Sequence record: DRR723986_8408
Length of the DNA: 62,943 bases
Direction: 5' to 3' (one strand)
The number at the start of each line of letters is the position of its first letter. The stretch's first letter is position 1. Positions 9,955-20,540 of the stretch are shown here, piece by piece. The translations under genes and the position numbers were made by a program. Below the pieces are notes generated by a model, which was not told the origin of the DNA, made no database searches, and saw only the letters and a program-made list of their open reading frames with translations.

Positions 9955-11655
9955 ATGCAAGTTGACGTGCAATACGCTTCGCGAAGTGGCTTTGTGCAAG
10001 CTCCCGGCAGCAGTCGGCTGGGCCTATCGCCCAATTTATCGCGGGAAGCCGTTTCTTTTGCCGCGACTCTCAATACTCCGGTGCAGTTTCGTGAGGCCAT
10101 CAGTGCACTTCACGATATCGTCATTTCGGATCTCAATTTCGCCCCGCGAGACAGGACGCAATACGAAGAATGGAAAGCTGGACAGCGGGTGCAGGAGAAC
10201 CGCATTCGCTCGGCTGCGGTTAGCGCCCACCAGACGCACTCGGGCAAGCCTTCGGCTGAACTGCGCCGCGAGTACAAACGTGCTTTGAGCAAGTATCGCG
10301 GTGGTCGCCGAACGCTTGATAAACGCCTCCGAGCTCAGAATCGGCAACTTTGGCGCAAGCTTATGCCTTATGATCCGATCATCAATGTCGCCGACGACGT
10401 TGTCACGTTCGAGTGCTTTTCGTCGGACGAATCCAGCTACGGTTGCCTGAGCGTAGATCGCGCAGAAGCTTTTTCTTCCATCGATGACGTCCAGCTTGGC
10501 ACGACGAATGTGGACTATTCGTGGGATCTTTACAATGCCTTTCAAAGGCTGCGCAGTTATCGAGAAACACGGTTCGAGGTGCAACCCGAAGGCTTCGACG
10601 TTCGCACTTCGGGCGGGGAAGCACATTACGAGGAAAAAATAGACCTGCCAGACGGATGGTTGCAAGGATTCATGCAATTGCAGTCAGCAATGTGTCTTCC
10701 GATGCGTCGGGTTGAATTGTCCGTGGATGCCGTTTATTCGCTGCTTGCCTACCTACGGCGGCACCGAGAAAAGACAGGTCCCAGAGCCGTGCGATTCGAC
10801 TTGTTCGATGGAGAACGCCCGCAGATGGTGTTGGAGCCGTGGGAAACGGCGATCGAAAGCAGCGGCCCAATCTACCGAGGTCCCACTGACGAACCGGTGC
10901 GAATATGGGGCCGGCGACGCCTGATGACGCTAGCTCGGGTTCTCCCGCTTGCTCACAGTGTTGATGTGTACTTGCTGGGAACAGGCTTGCCGTCGTTTTG
11001 GGTTGTCAAAATGGAGGGAATGCGACTAACACTTGGGCTCAGCGGATGGACGCAGAATGACTGGACACGAGGAAGTGCAATCGACATGCTCCTTCCTAAG
11101 CACACGGTAGCCAAGGCTGACCTTGCCGCGATCGCAGACTACCTCGCGACGCGACGGCAAGCTTCACTGGGCGACATTGCAGCCACGTTGCCTGCGCGAT
11201 CCGTCGCCTGTGATTCAACTTCCACAGCCGCCTTGTGCTTGAACCAGCTAGCACTGCGAGGGCAGGTCATCCACGATTTGGAAGCAGGAGTGTTTCGATG
11301 GCGACAAGTGCTTCCGGTCGCGCTATCCGAGAATGCGCTCGGTGAGCAGCATCCCGAGCGAGCTGCTGCGGAACAAATTCTTGCCAGCCGAGATTTCAAG
11401 CTTGGGGAGATGCAGCCTGGGCCAAGGGGCGGAATTGTGATCACTGGGCAAGTTGCGAATAAGCCCTGCGAGGTGCTGCTGGATGCCGACGGTGGAATTC
11501 GGAAGGGCAAGTGTCTATGTGACTGGCACTATAAATATGGAATACGCAACGGTCCGTGCTGCCACATCCAAGTGCTTCGCGATGTCTACTGGCATCAACC
11601 TAGCAGCGATACGGGCGATTGGTACGCATCTCGCCTTCGCTGGGCCGCGCAGTAG
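9955..11655 (+). CDS. SWIM zinc-finger protein (C-terminal SWIM)
   Basis: C-terminal CLC-x12-CCH matches the SWIM pattern CxC-xn-CxH. Also carries FECFSSDESSYG, TTNVDYS, EEKIDLPDGW and LLGTGLPSFW blocks. Confidence 0.85.
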   Translation: MQVDVQYASRSGFVQAPGSSRLGLSPNLSREAVSFAATLNTPVQFREAISALHDIVISDLNFAPRDRTQYEEWKAGQRVQENRIRSAAVSAHQTHSGKPSAELRREYKRALSKYRGGRRTLDKRLRAQNRQLWRKLMPYDPIINVADDVVTFECFSSDESSYGCLSVDRAEAFSSIDDVQLGTTNVDYSWDLYNAFQRLRSYRETRFEVQPEGFDVRTSGGEAHYEEKIDLPDGWLQGFMQLQSAMCLPMRRVELSVDAVYSLLAYLRRHREKTGPRAVRFDLFDGERPQMVLEPWETAIESSGPIYRGPTDEPVRIWGRRRLMTLARVLPLAHSVDVYLLGTGLPSFWVVKMEGMRLTLGLSGWTQNDWTRGSAIDMLLPKHTVAKADLAAIADYLATRRQASLGDIAATLPARSVACDSTSTAALCLNQLALRGQVIHDLEAGVFRWRQVLPVALSENALGEQHPERAAAEQILASRDFKLGEMQPGPRGGIVITGQVANKPCEVLLDADGGIRKGKCLCDWHYKYGIRNGPCCHIQVLRDVYWHQPSSDTGDWYASRLRWAAQ

Positions 11656-12015
11656 CCGAGCCCGAACCACGCAGTAGTCATGCGACGTTGCCCAATTGGC
11701 CATTTTCGCAGTGAAGCCGCGAAAACCGCCGCTGGCGTAGCGGCTTTGGCCTATTGAGCAGCCCCGCCCTGGCCAGTCGAACGCTGCCCTAGGTAATCGA
11801 GCTGAGCCCTGGGGACGGGCGCTGAGCACTGAGGACGGGAACGGAGCAGCCCTGGAGTGTTGAGGAAATTAAGGCTGCCGAATAGTGGGATCGCAACGAT
11901 TGGCATTCGTGGCGAAAAGCAGTCAATGGGTTGCGACTTGCTCGACTCGGCTTCGGGGCTGACTATACTGAGGTCACTCATCTTGACCGAATCTCTTGAC
12001 CTTGGAGCAGTACCT

Positions 12016-12483
12016 GTGGGGAACGATCCTTCGCAATTCTCACCGATTTTCAGCATCGATGTTTCGGCTGAACAGGGTGGCGTACAGCGTCCCAATGACG
12101 CCTCGGGCAGCGAGGCAATGGTGGCTTTGTTGCACCAGATTGCCGTAAGTCAACAGAAGCAGAATCAGCTTCTTGAGCAGCTTGTCCAGTCCAACGCGAA
12201 CGCTCAAAAGCAGCGGGCCGCCGAGCTGAAGCAGTGGAAGGACGCCAATCCACGCCTGGCCGGTGCATGCCGGACGGCAGCGGAGAAGCTGTCCTCGATT
12301 CAGGCCGATTTCCTTGAGAAATTGACTGACGAGATTGAGGACCACGAGGAAAACATGTTCGACGGCGAGTACGTTTTGAACGAGTTTCTCGACCGTTTCG
12401 GTCCGCGTCTTGCTCACTTAAACGGCGTTCTCCAAGTCCTCGCCCAGCTCGGCAGCGGCCAACAACCCGCCGAAGAAGCGTAA
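12016..12483 (+). CDS. hypothetical coiled-coil protein
   Basis: Gln/Glu-rich helical ORF. Start moved to GTG 12016, after GGAG, with a TATACT -10-like hexamer at 11963 (ORF-track start 11857). Confidence 0.7.
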   Translation: MGNDPSQFSPIFSIDVSAEQGGVQRPNDASGSEAMVALLHQIAVSQQKQNQLLEQLVQSNANAQKQRAAELKQWKDANPRLAGACRTAAEKLSSIQADFLEKLTDEIEDHEENMFDGEYVLNEFLDRFGPRLAHLNGVLQVLAQLGSGQQPAEEA

Positions 12484-12824
12484 GCTCTTCCCGCCCGAGA
12501 TTTGCCCCGAGGGTGGTTGGCGAAGAGCTAATGCTAGCTATTTCAGCACGAGTGAAGTCAGCTTTCATCTACGCGAGGCTGGACTGGCCGGATTAACGGA
12601 ATGCTAGCTTCCCACAGAGCTTGCTTCCGACTTCTACACCGGCACTACAAGCGGCGGACATCCGAGCTGCAGAAGCTTCGTCGCTGTCCTGGTCCGCAAA
12701 TCTGGTTCCCTATTGACCAAAACATAGGGAGTGACTCTAATTTTGCTCTTAATCAAGCTGGCAGGGATATAGTCTGAGAATGCGGTTTGCGAGCCGATTT
12801 CAGACGCATTTCTCCTGCGGGCGT

Positions 12825-12898
12825 GCCAGCGTAGCTTCAATCGGCAGAGCACCGCATTCGTAATGCGGGGGTTGCGGGTTCGATTCCCGCCGCTGGCT
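12825..12898 (+). tRNA. tRNA-Thr (anticodon CGT), CCA not encoded
   Basis: Acceptor stem GCCAGCG/CGCTGGC, anticodon arm CCGCA-TT-CGT-AA-TGCGG, T-arm GCGGG-TTCGATT-CCCGC. Confidence 0.97.
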
Positions 12899-12992
12899 CT
12901 TTCATACGGTCATCTTAACAGCTTTGCAGTACCCCTGCAGAGCGGTGAGGGGTGGCCGAAACAAGAATAGAATTTTCTTGGAGTCGCTTCGA

Positions 12993-14336
12993 ATGACGGA
13001 AGCCCCAGCGCTTGATGTTCGTGAAATGGTCGTCGCCAACCAGTCCTTTGGGCCGAACGAGATACAGCAGATCTGCAAAACGATCTCAGAGGACTACAGC
13101 CAGCTCGGCGTCCTGCGCGATGCGGTCGGTGAACTTGCCGATGCCACAGATCTGCCGCCAGCCAGTGCGGTTAGGTTGGGCGTGAGCCAGTACCTGATCG
13201 GCAAATTCAGCGAGTCGAAAGAGACGCTCTCACACGCCGACGGCAGTGCACTTGCCCTGTTCTACCTGGCCAAGTCATGTTTTCAGCTTTCCAGCTACGA
13301 AGAAGCGCTCAAGCACTTCGATGCTGCGAAATCTGCCGGCTATGACGGAGACGCTTGCCAAGTCGCTTCGGCCGAGGTGAAGCGGTACCAGGGCGAGCTG
13401 AAGGCTGCCATGGACATCCTCGACAACATCTTCGGACCATTCGAGCAAACCGCTGAATACCTTTATCAGCGCGGTGCGACCGTTGCCGCTTTGTCCACCG
13501 TCGAAGCACGCGAAGACGGCACCGAAGAAGTCCTGAGGCTTTACAACCGAGCGCTCCAGTACGATGACCAACATCCTGGAGCGTTGTTCGGACTCGCTCT
13601 TGAGCATGATCGCAAGGGCAACGACCTAGAAGCACTCAACCTGTACGAGCGGGCTGCCTCTTGCTTCCCAGCTCACGTTGGGACGCTAGTTAACCTGGGC
13701 ATCATTTACGAAGATCGCAACGAATTCACCAAGGCTCAAGCCTGCTACAAACGTGTACTGGACGTAGTGCCAGATCACAAACGCGCACGACTGTACATGA
13801 AGGATGCTTCGGCGTCCGGCAACGTTCAGTACGACGAAGACGCAGCGCGGCAAAGCGAACGACTCACCCAATTGCTCAGTGTTTCCGTTAACGACTTTGA
13901 ACTCAGCGTTCGAAGCCGTAATTGCTTGCACAAGATGGGCATCCAAACGCTGGGCGACCTGGTTCGCACCAGCGAGCAGCAATTGCTTTCGAGCAAGAAC
14001 TTCGGCGAAACGAGCTTGATTGAGATTCGCGACATGCTGCAGTCCAAGGGGCTGTCGCTTGGCCAGTTGGCCGATCAACAGCGCGAACCGGATCCACCAT
14101 TGGACACGTCGGGCATGACTCCAGATCAGCAAGCTGTTCTGGACCGTCCGATCTCCGACCTGAACCTGTCCGTGCGTGCTCGCAAGTGTATGGTCCGCTT
14201 GGGCATCAACACGATCTCTGAACTGATTCGAAAGACCGGCGACGACCTGCTGGAATCGAAGAACTTCGGCGTGACGAGCCTGAACGAAGTACGTGCGAAG
14301 CTTGAGGGCATGAACCTCAAACTTCGCGGCGATTGA
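12993..14336 (+). CDS. TPR protein with two RNA polymerase alpha-CTD-like domains
   Basis: Multiple TPR-like helices, then two copies of (E/N)LSVR(S/A)R(N/K)C...GI.T..(D/E)L......LL..KNFG.TSL.E. ATG 12993 follows GGAG (ORF-track start 12924). Confidence 0.9.
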   Translation: MTEAPALDVREMVVANQSFGPNEIQQICKTISEDYSQLGVLRDAVGELADATDLPPASAVRLGVSQYLIGKFSESKETLSHADGSALALFYLAKSCFQLSSYEEALKHFDAAKSAGYDGDACQVASAEVKRYQGELKAAMDILDNIFGPFEQTAEYLYQRGATVAALSTVEAREDGTEEVLRLYNRALQYDDQHPGALFGLALEHDRKGNDLEALNLYERAASCFPAHVGTLVNLGIIYEDRNEFTKAQACYKRVLDVVPDHKRARLYMKDASASGNVQYDEDAARQSERLTQLLSVSVNDFELSVRSRNCLHKMGIQTLGDLVRTSEQQLLSSKNFGETSLIEIRDMLQSKGLSLGQLADQQREPDPPLDTSGMTPDQQAVLDRPISDLNLSVRARKCMVRLGINTISELIRKTGDDLLESKNFGVTSLNEVRAKLEGMNLKLRGD

Positions 14337-15454
14337 TCCCCGTGGACCACTCTGGTTTTCAATTTCGACTGCACGCCCAGGACGAGCAAACCAAGGCTCG
14401 TTTGGGCGAGTTCGAGACGACGCGCGGAACGGTTTCTACGCCTGTTTTCATGCCCGTCGGGACGGTCGGCACGGTCAAAGGTCTGACGATCGACCAAGTG
14501 CAGTCCACTGGTGCATCCATCATCCTGGGCAACACCTACCATCTTGCCCTACGCCCCGGCAGTGAGCTCGTCGAAAAGATGGGCGGTCTCCACCAATTTA
14601 TGGGCTGGAGTTCGCCGATTTTGACCGACAGCGGCGGCTTCCAAATCTTCTCGCTTTCCCAGCGAACCAAGATCACCGAAGAAGGCGCCACGTTTCAATC
14701 CCACATCGATGGCAGTCGCCTTGAACTGACTCCCGAGGAATCCATTGCGATCCAACAGCGACTCGGCAGTGACATTGCCATGGTTCTGGATCATGTTCTC
14801 GGGCTGCCCGCAGAGAAGTCTGCAATCACCGAAGCAATGGAGCGTTCGACCCGCTGGGCAGAGCGTTGCCGCAAGGTAGCCAACAAACCGGGACAGGCGC
14901 TGTTTGCGATCGTTCAGGGCGGGCTCGATGTCGATCTGCGCGTAGCAAGTGCCGAGGCGCTCTCGTCGATGGACTTTGAAGGCTTTGCTGTTGGCGGCCT
15001 GAGTGTCGGTGAACCTCCTGCCGAGATGGTTAGGATCATCCACGCAACGACCCCGCATCTGCCCGTCGAAAAACCGCGGTATTTGATGGGAGTAGGCCGA
15101 CCGATCGACCTCGTCGAAGGTGTCGCAGGAGGCATCGACATGTTCGATTGTGTCATGCCAACCCGCAACGGCCGCAATGCACTTGCATTCACCTGGGATG
15201 GCCCAATGCGGATGCGGAATGCGAAGCACGCCGATGATCCCCGCCCAATCGACGCCACCTGTCCTTGCTTGGCGTGCCGCCACAGTCGTTCTTACATTCG
15301 CCACTTGTTTGCTGCAGGCGAGATGTTGGGGCCGATCCTTCTCACCCATCACAACTTGACCTTTTATCAATTGCTGATGGCCGAAATGCGCCGACAGATT
15401 GCCGCGGACACATTTGCAGAGTGGATCATCGAACAGCGCCAGCGACTGGTTTAG
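14333..15454 (+). CDS. tgt: queuine tRNA-ribosyltransferase
   Basis: [46 protein letters not shown] and the Zn site CPCLAC. The start may instead be GTG 14342. Confidence 0.97.
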   Translation: MIPVDHSGFQFRLHAQDEQTKARLGEFETTRGTVSTPVFMPVGTVGTVKGLTIDQVQSTGASIILGNTYHLALRPGSELVEKMGGLHQFMGWSSPILTDSGGFQIFSLSQRTKITEEGATFQSHIDGSRLELTPEESIAIQQRLGSDIAMVLDHVLGLPAEKSAITEAMERSTRWAERCRKVANKPGQALFAIVQGGLDVDLRVASAEALSSMDFEGFAVGGLSVGEPPAEMVRIIHATTPHLPVEKPRYLMGVGRPIDLVEGVAGGIDMFDCVMPTRNGRNALAFTWDGPMRMRNAKHADDPRPIDATCPCLACRHSRSYIRHLFAAGEMLGPILLTHHNLTFYQLLMAEMRRQIAADTFAEWIIEQRQRLV

Positions 15455-15724
15455 CCTTTGGCGTGTTGCAACAAGTGCAACCAACCAATCGCTTTGATGA
15501 GCCCCCTTCTTCGTATCCGACTTGGCTAGAGTTACCGCGTAAAATACACTCGGTCTAACCGCCGCTGAACTCGCCCGCCTCCTGCCTCTACCGCAACTTG
15601 GCTACCGGTACATCGCCAAAGTGCAAATCGACTAAAATGGCGTTGGCCCGTCCTTCCTCGCCGATCTCCGTGCGTGGCTATGGCCCTAGCCACTTGCTGA
15701 ACTCCCGCCTCTTGGTCATTACAC

Positions 15725-17689
15725 ATGCCTGTACCGAACCATTGGAAGTTAATTGCCGTTCCCTTCGTGCTTTTGCAGTTTTGCTTTTCTGCCACCGCAA
15801 GAGCCCAGCCAGGTCTGCATAAGGAAGCGGTCTCTTGGGATCGAAATGTTGGTGGCATCGTGCGCCGCTACTGCATCGATTGCCATTCTGCTTCTGACCC
15901 GAGCGGCAATATCGACCTGGAGGAGGATTCCAACGTCCGAGATATCCGCAACCACCGAGCAAAATGGCAGCGAGTGAGAAGCGTACTTGCTTCCGGCGAG
16001 ATGCCACCTGCCGACGCCGATTCGCTGCCGGCCGAAAAGCGGAAGCAGTTTCTCGACTTCATTGCGTATACGCTCGACAACATCAACTGTGACGAAATCG
16101 ACGGCCCGGGACCGCCGGTACTGCGCCGCTTGAACCGCGCTGAGTACAACAATGCGATTGAAGACTTGACGGGCCTTCGGCTGAACATCGCAGACAGTTT
16201 TCCGTCCGACCCGATCGCTTTCGGATTTGACAACACCGGAACAAACGCTTCCCTTTCGCCAACTGAAGTGGAGATGTACCACGCGGCCAGCAAGCAGATC
16301 CTGGCTGCCGTGGCGGCAAGCGAGCGGCCGATCCGCGAAGCGGTGTTTGGTCCAGCCGTTGCCGCTGAGGAAGGTGCCGGTAGTAAAAGTGAAAGTGATG
16401 ATGCCGCTCAAGCGAGGCAGGCAGCTCGTCGAGCGATTTCGAACTTCGCGCGGCGGGCATTTCGTGGCAAAGTGGATAACTACTACGTGAATCGGCTACT
16501 CCGGATCTTTGATCGCGGAATTGCAGAAGGGCTCACCTACGAACAATCGCTTGCAAACTGTTTGTCGGCAACGCTCATCTCGCCGCGTTTTCTGTTTCGG
16601 CTTGAGGAAGATCGGTCAAGCGAGGCGAATTTTGTGCCGGTCGATGACTACGAACTGGCTTCGCGTTTAAGTTTTCTGCTCTGGTCGCGGGGCCCCGACG
16701 CTGAACTCCTCCGACTGGCCGAGACCGGAGGCCTGCGTGCGTCCGACTCCCCGCAGTGGCGGCAGACGATCGCCTCTCAGGTCGATCGCATGCTCGCAGA
16801 TCCCAAAGCGAACGCGCTGGCAGAGAACTTCTTTGCGCAGTGGCTGGACCTCAGGCGGCTGAGCAGCTACTCCCCTGACAAGGAGGCATTTCCGGAGTTC
16901 ACAGAAGGAATCCGCCAATCGATGCAACGCGAAGTGAATGCAACGCTAGGGGCGATCATCCGTGATTCGCTACCAGTATCGGGGATCATTGACAGCCCTC
17001 AGGTGTATGTAGATGCAAAACTGGCCGACTACTACGGTCTCCAGCTCCCCGGCGGTGTGCAGGCGACACCGGACGCACTGACAGCCATCTCGGTGGCGTC
17101 GAGCGGACGAGGTGGTCTGCTGACGACGGCTGGGTTCTTGATGTTGCAGGCGGATCCAGATCGAACGAACATTCCCCGTCGAGGGAATTTTATCCTCGGG
17201 CAACTACTCGGCATCGCTCCGCCTCCACCACCGCCCGATGTTCCAGAGTTGGAGGTAGACCAGTCGGATGAAAAGCTCTCGTTGCGTGAAATCTTCGAAC
17301 TGCACCGAAGCGCTGCCGAATGCAAAAGCTGCCACGCCAAGATTGATCCGATCGGATTCTCACTTGAGCACTTCGACGCAGTCGGCAGATACCGGGATCT
17401 AGACCGAGGCGTGAAAATCGACTCTTCCGGCGAGTTGCCTGACGGGACGAAGCTCCAAGGCAGTAGCGATCTGAAAGCCTACCTGCTGACTCAGGAAGAG
17501 CTCCTGCTAAGGACAATGGCGCAAAAGCTACTCGTTTATGCCACTGGCCGCGGACTCGTTGCTAGCGATGAATGCACGGTCCGTGCAATGGTGCAGGCGG
17601 CACAGGCAAACGAGCTGAAATTCTCCGCCATGATGAAGGTTCTGTGCACCAGTTTGCCGATGACTCACCGCCGCTCGGCGCTGCAATAA
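15725..17689 (+). CDS. planctomycete cytochrome c protein, DUF1587/1595/1592/1588/1585
   Basis: CIDCH, LRRLNRAEYNN, YELASRLSFLLW, RGGLLT, CKSCHAKIDPIGFSLEHFDAVGRYR. Confidence 0.92.
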   Translation: MPVPNHWKLIAVPFVLLQFCFSATARAQPGLHKEAVSWDRNVGGIVRRYCIDCHSASDPSGNIDLEEDSNVRDIRNHRAKWQRVRSVLASGEMPPADADSLPAEKRKQFLDFIAYTLDNINCDEIDGPGPPVLRRLNRAEYNNAIEDLTGLRLNIADSFPSDPIAFGFDNTGTNASLSPTEVEMYHAASKQILAAVAASERPIREAVFGPAVAAEEGAGSKSESDDAAQARQAARRAISNFARRAFRGKVDNYYVNRLLRIFDRGIAEGLTYEQSLANCLSATLISPRFLFRLEEDRSSEANFVPVDDYELASRLSFLLWSRGPDAELLRLAETGGLRASDSPQWRQTIASQVDRMLADPKANALAENFFAQWLDLRRLSSYSPDKEAFPEFTEGIRQSMQREVNATLGAIIRDSLPVSGIIDSPQVYVDAKLADYYGLQLPGGVQATPDALTAISVASSGRGGLLTTAGFLMLQADPDRTNIPRRGNFILGQLLGIAPPPPPPDVPELEVDQSDEKLSLREIFELHRSAAECKSCHAKIDPIGFSLEHFDAVGRYRDLDRGVKIDSSGELPDGTKLQGSSDLKAYLLTQEELLLRTMAQKLLVYATGRGLVASDECTVRAMVQAAQANELKFSAMMKVLCTSLPMTHRRSALQ

Positions 17690-17994
17690 CGCCATGTCTG
17701 TGCCGCCCACAGCCGCTTTGCCAGCGGGACGTGGACAATGGCAGGCTAAGCGGCCAAAACGGGGCAAATATCTGGTAATAATGGGGCGGTAGAGCCCATT
17801 GTGGCCAAGGCGAATCGGTTGATTTCGGGTACAATTTTGGTGCTTGGACGGCGACGCCAAAGGGGCCCTACGCGGAGCTTCTCGCGGCATCCAACCGTCC
17901 TTGAAAATCAATGATTTTAGACTGCTTCCGCAGCCCGACGCATGGAAGCGATACTGACAGAGGACCGGGGCCAAAACGCCCTGTGATGCAACGG

Positions 17995-20490
17995 ATGAGC
18001 GACGAACAAAAGCCTTCTGACGACGAAATTGCAATCGGCGGCTCCGAGTACACGTCGGATGACCTCAAGCACTTGAGCGACATGGAGCACGTTCGTGAGC
18101 GGCCCGGTATGTACATCGGGGACACAACACTCAAAGGCCTCCACCATCTCGTCTACGAAGTTGTCGATAATTCAATTGACGAGGTCATGGCCGATTATGC
18201 CAAGACCGTCTCTGTCCGCATCAATTCCGACGGCTCAGTAACTGTTGAAGACGACGGCCGAGGCATCCCCGTCACGCGGCACGAACAGCTCAGTGAAGAG
18301 ATGGACCGCGAGGTTAGCACGCTCGAAGGGGTGATGACCGTTCTGAAGTTCGGCGGCAAGTTCGAGAAGAAGGCCTATGAAACGTCCGGTGGTCTCCACG
18401 GGGTGGGCGTAACGGTCGTAAACTTCTTGTCGCAGTGGTGCGAAGTTGAAGTTAGCCGTGACGGTCACGTTTGGACGCAAGGCTACGAACGTGGTGTCGC
18501 AACAGCGCTAGTGAAGAAGGGACACGCGACCAAGCATCGCGGAACCAAGACAACGTTCAAGCCAGATGGTTCCATCTTCCCGAACACGAAGTTCAACTAC
18601 GACACACTTTACAAGCGACTGCAAGAACTAGCGTTCCTGAACAGTGGTGTCCGCATTAAGTTCCACGACGAACGCATCGACGAAGGCGATGAGTTTTACT
18701 ACGAGTCTGGGATTGTTGAATTCGTTCAGCACATGAACCGCGCTAGCGATGCGGTGCACCCTGACGTTCTTCTAATTGAAGACTCGCGTGAAAGTGTCCG
18801 CGTCCAGGTTGCTCTGCAGTACTCAACTGAATACACCGAGAACGTTCAATCCTACGTGAACAACATTCACACGATTGAAGGCGGGACGCACGTTTCCGGC
18901 TTCCGCTCGGCACTGACGCGAACGCTGAATGCCTACGGAAAGAAGGAAAACCTTTTCAAAGACCAAACGCCAACCGGCGACGACTTCCGAGAAGGCCTGA
19001 CGGCTGTTATCAGCGTTCGGGTCCCTCATCCACAATTCGAAGGCCAAACGAAAACGAAACTTGGCAACAGCGAAGTCGACGGAATCGTTTCTACGGCGGT
19101 CGGCGAAGCGCTTCAGAAGTACTTCGAAGAGAACCCGAAGAACGCAAAACTCATCGTTAAAAAGGGGCTCATCGCCTGCGAAGCCCGGGAAGCGGCTCGG
19201 AAGGCGAAGGATCTGCTACGAAAACGGAAAGACGCCCTCAGCGGCGGCGGCTTGCCCGGAAAACTTCGCGATTGCATCAGCAACAAAATGGAAGAATGCG
19301 AAGTCTACCTTGTGGAAGGTGATTCTGCGGGAGGAAGTGCCGAAGGCGGTCGGTACCGTGACTTCCAAGCTATCCTGCCTCTTCGCGGTAAGATTATCAA
19401 CGCATACAAGAGCCGTGAAGACAAAGTGCTGGCCAATGAAGAAGTGCAGAGCATGATTCAGGCGATCGGGTGCGGCATCGGAGCCGACCAGGACGTCGCC
19501 AAACGCCGGTACGACAAAATTATCATCATGACTGACGCCGACGTCGACGGCTCACACATTCGCACGCTCTTGCTGTGCTTCTTCTACCGGCAAATGTACC
19601 ACTTGGTCGCCGGCGGTCACGTCTACCTCGCGCAGCCTCCGCTGTTCCGGGTTGTTCGCGGCAAATCGACGCGATACTACGTTCAAACCGAAGAAGAAAT
19701 GAAGACGCAATTGCTCGAGCGCGGTCTCGCCGATTGCAAGCTTGAGTCAGACGATGGACGTCAGGCCGAGGGCGACAAGATGCGAGCCCTCTGTGAGTGC
19801 CTTGCATCCATGGAAGAGGCCCTCATCGCGCTCGAACGCCGAGGTGTCAGTCTGCGTGGTCATTCCGAGAGAATGGACGACCAAGGGCGATTGGCTGTGT
19901 TCCTGGTCACGGTCGGCAATGACACGCACTGGTTCCACTCCCGCGACGACGTCGAGAAGTTCATTGAGGACCAGAATCTCCGCTTGGAAACGACCACCGT
20001 TGCCTCTGATGCAGAAGGTGATGGTGAATCCAGCGAAGAGGAAGAAGACACTCGTTTAATTGCACACCTTGTCGAAATGCACGAGGTGAAGACCATCAAT
20101 GCCAGTCTGAAACAACTCGTTGAGCTCGGGTATTCGATTAACGACCTGATCCCGATTGAACGAACCGGTTCCACTGAGTCGCGATTTAACTTGGTTCGCG
20201 GTGAAGACAACCGAAGCGGGATGGACGAACTTCGAAGCTTGTTACCGGCCATTCGTGCCGCGGGTGAAAAGGGCATGCAGGTCACTCGCTTTAAGGGGCT
20301 GGGGGAAATGAACCCCGAGGAACTTCGCGAGACGACCCTGAATCGCGAGAACCGAACGCTGGTACAAGTCTCTCTTCGCGACGCCGCGGCCGCTGACGAG
20401 ATGTTCCGCGTCTTGATGGGTGATAAGGTCGAGCCTAGACGTCAGTTTATCGAAAAACACGCACTGGACGTCCGAAACCTCGACGTCTAA
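17995..20490 (+). CDS. gyrB: DNA gyrase subunit B
   Basis: RPGMYIG, EVVDNSIDE, GGLHGVG, VEGDSAGG, PLRGK, IMTDADVDG, FKGLGEMNP, with a long TOPRIM insertion. Start is ATG 17986 or 17995 (ORF-track start 17911). Confidence 0.97.
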   Translation: MSDEQKPSDDEIAIGGSEYTSDDLKHLSDMEHVRERPGMYIGDTTLKGLHHLVYEVVDNSIDEVMADYAKTVSVRINSDGSVTVEDDGRGIPVTRHEQLSEEMDREVSTLEGVMTVLKFGGKFEKKAYETSGGLHGVGVTVVNFLSQWCEVEVSRDGHVWTQGYERGVATALVKKGHATKHRGTKTTFKPDGSIFPNTKFNYDTLYKRLQELAFLNSGVRIKFHDERIDEGDEFYYESGIVEFVQHMNRASDAVHPDVLLIEDSRESVRVQVALQYSTEYTENVQSYVNNIHTIEGGTHVSGFRSALTRTLNAYGKKENLFKDQTPTGDDFREGLTAVISVRVPHPQFEGQTKTKLGNSEVDGIVSTAVGEALQKYFEENPKNAKLIVKKGLIACEAREAARKAKDLLRKRKDALSGGGLPGKLRDCISNKMEECEVYLVEGDSAGGSAEGGRYRDFQAILPLRGKIINAYKSREDKVLANEEVQSMIQAIGCGIGADQDVAKRRYDKIIIMTDADVDGSHIRTLLLCFFYRQMYHLVAGGHVYLAQPPLFRVVRGKSTRYYVQTEEEMKTQLLERGLADCKLESDDGRQAEGDKMRALCECLASMEEALIALERRGVSLRGHSERMDDQGRLAVFLVTVGNDTHWFHSRDDVEKFIEDQNLRLETTTVASDAEGDGESSEEEEDTRLIAHLVEMHEVKTINASLKQLVELGYSINDLIPIERTGSTESRFNLVRGEDNRSGMDELRSLLPAIRAAGEKGMQVTRFKGLGEMNPEELRETTLNRENRTLVQVSLRDAAAADEMFRVLMGDKVEPRRQFIEKHALDVRNLDV

Positions 20491-20540
20491 CGGCCCCTTG
20501 CATTGCAAGCTACAGCCAAACTCTGCCTGCTCTTCCGCTC

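Noticed and set aside
12825-12898. tRNA-Thr as an integration site for a genomic island
   Set aside because: I saw no duplicated tRNA 3' end and no integrase, and the downstream genes are housekeeping.
19680-20260. Insertion in GyrB as a possible intein
   Set aside because: It matches the position and size of the known E. coli-type TOPRIM insertion, with no C/S...HN splice motifs or LAGLIDADG blocks.
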